In this document: positions 16,443 to 20,725 of the stretch, piece by piece | Layout: each line of letters starts with the position of its first letter | How positions within the stretch are numbered: the first letter of the stretch is position 1 | Assembly: GCA_034408725.1 (NCBI GenBank) | Contig: JAWXCN010000146.1 | Coordinates: forward strand, 1 to 20,725 | Source of the DNA: Candidatus Hydrogenedentota bacterium | Lineage (GTDB): Bacteria > Hydrogenedentota > Hydrogenedentia > Hydrogenedentales > SLHB01 | Length of the DNA: 20,725 bases | Direction: 5' to 3' | Position numbers and translations under genes: made by a program | The notes under the pieces: model-generated | Seen by the model: only the letters and a program-made list of their open reading frames with translations | Told to the model about the DNA's origin: nothing | The model's database searches: none

Positions 16443-17243
16443 CTACCCGAACCGGCCCGTAATGTAGTCTTCGGTTTGTTTCTCTTTAGGTTTCGTGAAC
16501 ATCTTCTCGGTATCGTCAAACTCGACGAGCTTGCCTTCCATGAAAAACGCCGTAAAATCCGACACGCGCGCCGCCTGTTGCATGTTGTGGGTCACGATAA
16601 CAATTGTATAGTCCTCCCGCAACTCGCTGATCAGGTCTTCAATTCGCGCCGTCGCGCGCGGATCGAGTGCGGACGCGGGTTCGTCCATCAACAGAATCTC
16701 CGGGTCCACCGCGAGCGCGCGCGCGATACACAGCCGCTGTTGTTGGCCGCCTGACAGGTCCATCGCGCTCCGGTGCAACCGGTCCTTCACCTCGTCCCAC
16801 AGTCCCGCGCGGATTAGACTCTGCTCGATGAGTTCCGCCAACACCGCCTTGTCCTTTGTTCCGTGCAGCCTCGGACCGTAGGCCACGTTCTCAAAAATGG
16901 ACTTGGGAAACGGATTCGATTTCTGAAAGACCATACCGACGCGTTTCCGCAATGTCACGACGTCGGTGCCATTCCGGTAAATGTCCTGGCGGTCGATCGT
17001 GATCGCGCCCTCGAGGCGTGTGCCGTCAATAATGTCGTTCATACGGTTTAGCGTGCGCAAAAATGTGGACTTTCCGCAACCCGACGGCCCAATCAGCGCC
17101 GTCACCTGGTTCTCCGGAATCGTCATATTGATGTCGAACAGCGCCTGCGTCGCGCCGTAAAAAAAATTGAGCCGGCGCACTTCTACCTTGGGTGTGAAAT
17201 CCACGGGAGTTGCATCGTTACCTAGAGAAAAAGCCGCGGGCAT
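16443..17243 (-). CDS. pstB: Phosphate ABC transporter ATP-binding protein
   Basis: Walker [40 protein letters not shown] and YITGRFG. ATG 17243 with SD AGGTGG is preferred; an in-frame GTG lies at 17255. Confidence 0.97.
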   Translation of the reverse strand: MPAAFSLGNDATPVDFTPKVEVRRLNFFYGATQALFDINMTIPENQVTALIGPSGCGKSTFLRTLNRMNDIIDGTRLEGAITIDRQDIYRNGTDVVTLRKRVGMVFQKSNPFPKSIFENVAYGPRLHGTKDKAVLAELIEQSLIRAGLWDEVKDRLHRSAMDLSGGQQQRLCIARALAVDPEILLMDEPASALDPRATARIEDLISELREDYTIVIVTHNMQQAARVSDFTAFFMEGKLVEFDDTEKMFTKPKEKQTEDYITGRFG

Positions 17244-17248
17244 TGTTG

Positions 17249-18094
17249 TTACCACCTGTTCCGCTTCCTGAAATGCATTCGGACCATGATCGCCCCTATG
17301 TTAAGGCCGAGCACCAATAGAAGCAAAACCAGGGCAGTCCCGTACTGCGTCGGGCGGACCGCTTCCGCATTGGGAAATTGCGTCGCCAGCACGTAAAGAT
17401 GATAAGGAAGCGCCATCGCCTGATCGAAAATGGATCGCGGCAACTGCGGCAAAAAAAATGCCGCAACCGTGAGCAGTATCGGCGCGGTCTCGCCCGCGGC
17501 GCGGCCCACGCCGAGGATGCTCCCCGTCATCATGCCCGGAATCGCATAGGGCAACACGCTCTTGCGTATCGTCTCCCACTTCGTTGCCCCCAAGGCCAGA
17601 CTCGCTTCGCGCAAGGATTGGGGCACCGCGCGCAGCGCCTCCTCGCTCGACACAATAATCGTCGGCAATATCATGCACGCAAGCGTCAAGCTACCGGCCA
17701 AAACGCTCGTGCCAAAATCCAGAAACAGGACAAATAGGCCAAGCCCGAAAAGGCCGAACACAATCGATGGCACGCCCGCTAACGTGACAATGGCGAGACG
17801 AATCTGGTTCGTGAGCAACCCTTGTTTTGCGTATTCAGTGAGGTATACCGCGCTCGCCATGCCCAACGGCAAGGCGACGAGGATGGTGCCCATCACCAAA
17901 TAGAATGTCCCAACAATCGCGGGGAAAATTCCGCCCGTACCGTCGGGGTTCGGATAGGTCGTCAGAAAACTCCAACTGATCACCCCGGCGCCACGCACGA
18001 CGATATCCAGGATTATGTAACCAACAATCGAAACAAGAACGTAGGTAATAATCCGGAGACCGATGAATGCCGCCCGTTCCTTGAGGGTGCCCAT
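17249..18094 (-). CDS. pstA: Phosphate ABC transporter permease PstA
   Basis: Motifs [26 protein letters not shown] and RAAGETAP. Confidence 0.96.
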   Translation of the reverse strand: MGTLKERAAFIGLRIITYVLVSIVGYIILDIVVRGAGVISWSFLTTYPNPDGTGGIFPAIVGTFYLVMGTILVALPLGMASAVYLTEYAKQGLLTNQIRLAIVTLAGVPSIVFGLFGLGLFVLFLDFGTSVLAGSLTLACMILPTIIVSSEEALRAVPQSLREASLALGATKWETIRKSVLPYAIPGMMTGSILGVGRAAGETAPILLTVAAFFLPQLPRSIFDQAMALPYHLYVLATQFPNAEAVRPTQYGTALVLLLLVLGLNIGAIMVRMHFRKRNRW

Positions 18095-18096
18095 CG

Positions 18097-18972
18097 TCAG
18101 GCCCTCCGGTACGATTTGAGCACGCGCAATGCCACCAGATTGATAAAGAACGTGGCAATCAACAGCGCAATACCGATCCAGAACAACGCGCGGTAGTGCG
18201 CCGTGCCAAATGGCACCTCGCCCATCTCCGCCGCAATCGTTGCAGTCATCGTGCGCACCGGCTCAAACGGTGACAGCGTCACCTTCGCGGCATTGCCCGT
18301 GACCATGATTACCGCCATCGTCTCGCCAACGACGCGTCCCATCCCGAGCATGATGCTCGCAATAATGCCCGACATCGCCGCCGGAACGACCACTTTGAAA
18401 ATGGTCTGAATGCGATTCGCCCCCAGAGCGAGCGACGCCTCCTTGTAGGCACGAGGCACGCTCCGGATAGCGTCTTCTGAAATAGAGATAATCGTCGGCA
18501 CCGCCATGAGCGCCAGCAGGACGGCGCCCGTAAGCGCGGTCATACCTGACATGAGCCCGAACGCGCTCTTGATGATTGGCGCAAGCACAATCAAGCCAAA
18601 GAATCCCAATACTACGGATGGAATCGCCGCAACAAGCTCGATAAACGGCTTCAGGATTTCCCGTTCGCGCGGCCCCGCCACTTCAGCAATGTACACCGCC
18701 CCGCACACCCCAAAGGGGATCGCAATCAGCGTTGCCAACACCGTCACCAGCGCGGAACCGGTTATAAGAGGCAACAATCCATAACCAGCCCCCTGGAACG
18801 ATTTGGGCATCCACCTCGAACCAACGAGAGCGCCAAGTCCGGGGTCCTTCGCAAACGGCAAGGCCTCGCGGAACAAAAATAAAAAAATCAGAGCGACGAT
18901 AACAATGCTCGTCGAGGCGGCCCCGGCGAGCACATATTTGACGCTACGCTCCTGGATTTGACGAAATGACAC
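18097..18972 (-). CDS. pstC: Phosphate ABC transporter permease PstC
   Basis: Motifs [29 protein letters not shown] and GRVVGETMAV. Confidence 0.96.
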   Translation of the reverse strand: MSFRQIQERSVKYVLAGAASTSIVIVALIFLFLFREALPFAKDPGLGALVGSRWMPKSFQGAGYGLLPLITGSALVTVLATLIAIPFGVCGAVYIAEVAGPREREILKPFIELVAAIPSVVLGFFGLIVLAPIIKSAFGLMSGMTALTGAVLLALMAVPTIISISEDAIRSVPRAYKEASLALGANRIQTIFKVVVPAAMSGIIASIMLGMGRVVGETMAVIMVTGNAAKVTLSPFEPVRTMTATIAAEMGEVPFGTAHYRALFWIGIALLIATFFINLVALRVLKSYRRA

Positions 18973-18975
18973 GCG

Positions 18976-19884
18976 TTATTGGACCTTAACGTATCCAGAC
19001 TCTTCGACAATAGCCTGGCCTTCATCAGACACGCAGAAATCGAGGAAGTCTTTCACCGGTCCCGTGGCTTCCTTCGCGACGACCAACAATAAGGGCCGCG
19101 AAATGGAGTACGCGCCACTCAATACGGTTTCAGTGGTCGGCATCACCGCGGGGGCATCGGGCGTGGCTTTTACCCCGACACTCTTGAGCTTGGCGCCGGC
19201 CTCGTGTACATATCCAAGGCCCACGTAACCAATCGCAGACGACGAATCGGACACGCTTTGAACAATCGCGGACGTTGCCGGAAGCAACAGCGCATTTTGC
19301 GTGTAGTCCTTTTTGCGCAGCACATGTTCCAGAAAAAACATGTACGTACCCGAACTGGATTCCCGCGAAGTCACGACAATTGATTCGTTCGCGCCACCTA
19401 CCTCGCTCCAGTTCGTGATCGCCCCCGTATAAATCCGCTCAATTTGCTCCAGCGTAAGTTCATTTACGGGGTTGCTTGGATGCACAACGATCGACAATGC
19501 GTCGCGCGCAACAATCGTTACGCTCAATTTCAGCCCCTGCGATTCGCCAGCCTTCTTTTCTTCCTCACTCAAATCGCGCGACGACGCGCAAACGTCGGTC
19601 GTGCCATTGAGCAGCGCGGCGACGCCCGTGCCGGAACCGCCGCCAGTAACGGAAATTTTTATGTCGGACCGCTTTTTCATGAATGCGTCGGCCCAGGCCG
19701 TGACGACATGCACCATCGTGTCACTACCTTTTATGGAAATCTCGCCTCCCGTCGCCGAAGCGCCCTGAGTGTCGCCCGTTGATGTTTGTTTTGGACCACA
19801 GCCCAGAACAGCAATCGACACGAGTACGCAGAAAACAGTCGTCCTCAGATTGTGGGAATACATTTCAGTCTCTGCCTTTTTCAT
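18976..19884 (-). CDS. pstS: Phosphate ABC transporter substrate-binding lipoprotein
   Basis: Lipobox VLG-C29. Motifs IKGSDT, GGGSGTG, ASSR, SRESSSGT, AIGYVG and YSISRPL. SD GGGAGG precedes ATG 19884; alternative ATG at 19863. Confidence 0.95.
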   Translation of the reverse strand: MKKAETEMYSHNLRTTVFCVLVSIAVLGCGPKQTSTGDTQGASATGGEISIKGSDTMVHVVTAWADAFMKKRSDIKISVTGGGSGTGVAALLNGTTDVCASSRDLSEEEKKAGESQGLKLSVTIVARDALSIVVHPSNPVNELTLEQIERIYTGAITNWSEVGGANESIVVTSRESSSGTYMFFLEHVLRKKDYTQNALLLPATSAIVQSVSDSSSAIGYVGLGYVHEAGAKLKSVGVKATPDAPAVMPTTETVLSGAYSISRPLLLVVAKEATGPVKDFLDFCVSDEGQAIVEESGYVKVQ

Positions 19885-19900
19885 TTGTCCCTCCCTGAAA

Positions 19901-19933
19901 AGCGTATGCTGCTCCGGTTAGAACCGTGTTAGG
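19901..19933 (-). promoter_or_regulatory. Candidate Pho box plus -10 element upstream of pstS
   Basis: The - strand reads CCTAACA-CGGT-TCTAACC (CTAAC direct repeat, 11-bp period), then 9 nt, then the -10-like TACGCT. It lies in the 69-bp phoR-pstS gap. Confidence 0.6.
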
Positions 19934-19953
19934 CGTTACGGAAATCCAGCATA

Positions 19954-20725
19954 CTAAGCCACCTCCGCTTCCGATGCAGGCAATTGAATCGTAAACATGC
20001 TGCCTTTTTGCGGCGAACTCTCGACGGTTGTCTGTCCCCCGTGCACCCGGACAACATGTTTCACAATTGCAAGACCCAATCCGGTTCCGCCCAACTTCCG
20101 GCTTCTCGCCTTGTCCACGCGATAGAAACGCTCGAAAATGCGCGTGAGATGTTGGCGGTCAATGCCGCAGCCCTCATCCCGCACGCGAATGGAAATGGTA
20201 TTCCCCTCGCGCGCCACGTCTACGAAAATGTCTGATCCCGATTGGCTGTATTTAATGGCGTTGTCCAGCAAATTCTCGACCGCGGTTTGGAGCAGCGCTG
20301 GATTTAGCCGCGCCCAAAACGGTCCCGCGCATTGGAAATGTATGCGGATGTCTTTGGCTAGCGCCATTACGCCGCAGGCCTGAATGGCGCCTTCCATAAT
20401 TTCCAGCAACGGTCCGTTGCGCAGTTCGATTTCGTTCTTGCCCACTTCTTGTTCAATACGGGAAAGCTTGAGTAGATCCTCGATAAGAGTATGGAGCCGG
20501 TCCGCCTGTTTCCCAATCGTGGCCAAAAACCGCCGCGCCGAGTCTGGGTCTTCAAGCGCGCCGTCCAGCAGTGTCTCGACATACCCCTTGATCGACGTAA
20601 TAGGTGTCTTCAACTCGTGCGATACATTCGCGACGAAGTCACGCCGCGCGTTCTCGAGCCGGTTCAGCGCCGTCACGTCGTGCAGTACAACGACACACCC
20701 GATATTGCGCCGCGAAGTATCGGAC
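19954..20725 (-). CDS. phoR: Phosphate regulon sensor histidine kinase, 5'-truncated by window edge
   Basis: The frame is open to the edge (..GCVVVLHDVT, end of a PAS-like domain). H-box DFVANVSHELKTP, N-box NLLDNAIKYS, DEGCGI and FERFYRVDKARSRKLGGTGLGLAIVKH. Directly upstream of pstSCAB-phoU. Confidence 0.93.
   Translation of the reverse strand, partial: SDTSRRNIGCVVVLHDVTALNRLENARRDFVANVSHELKTPITSIKGYVETLLDGALEDPDSARRFLATIGKQADRLHTLIEDLLKLSRIEQEVGKNEIELRNGPLLEIMEGAIQACGVMALAKDIRIHFQCAGPFWARLNPALLQTAVENLLDNAIKYSQSGSDIFVDVAREGNTISIRVRDEGCGIDRQHLTRIFERFYRVDKARSRKLGGTGLGLAIVKHVVRVHGGQTTVESSPQKGSMFTIQLPASEAEVA

Noticed and set aside
5030-20725. A single Pho-controlled transcript from phoR to YfhO3
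   Set aside because: The genes are co-oriented but interrupted by a 284-bp promoter-like region and a strong terminator. No Pho-box-like repeat was noticed before the downstream units.

Overview
GC-rich bacterial window from a diderm (it encodes pal/cpoB). It is almost fully coding, with no mobile elements, CRISPR arrays or RNA genes recognised. On the + strand at the left are the 3' end of a DPM1/Ppm1-like GT2 polyprenol-phosphate glycosyltransferase and two tandem ~780-aa YfhO-family (GT-C fold) membrane proteins. Everything from 5030 to the right edge is on the - strand. In transcription order it reads phoR (partial), pstSCAB-phoU, a secreted beta-lactamase-family serine hydrolase, dapL, an AT-rich intergenic region, pal-cpoB and a strong hairpin terminator. 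A tightly packed five-gene unit follows: BadF/NAGK-type sugar kinase, DUF1573 Ig-like membrane protein, 4xCxxC zinc-ribbon protein, eukaryote-type UDP-HexNAc pyrophosphorylase and a third YfhO paralogue, which overlaps the second one tail-to-tail. The most interesting element is this putative amino-sugar salvage/activation pathway coupled to a lipid-linked, multi-YfhO extracytoplasmic glycosylation system with an unknown acceptor. Family assignments come from motifs recognised by eye; no database searches were run.
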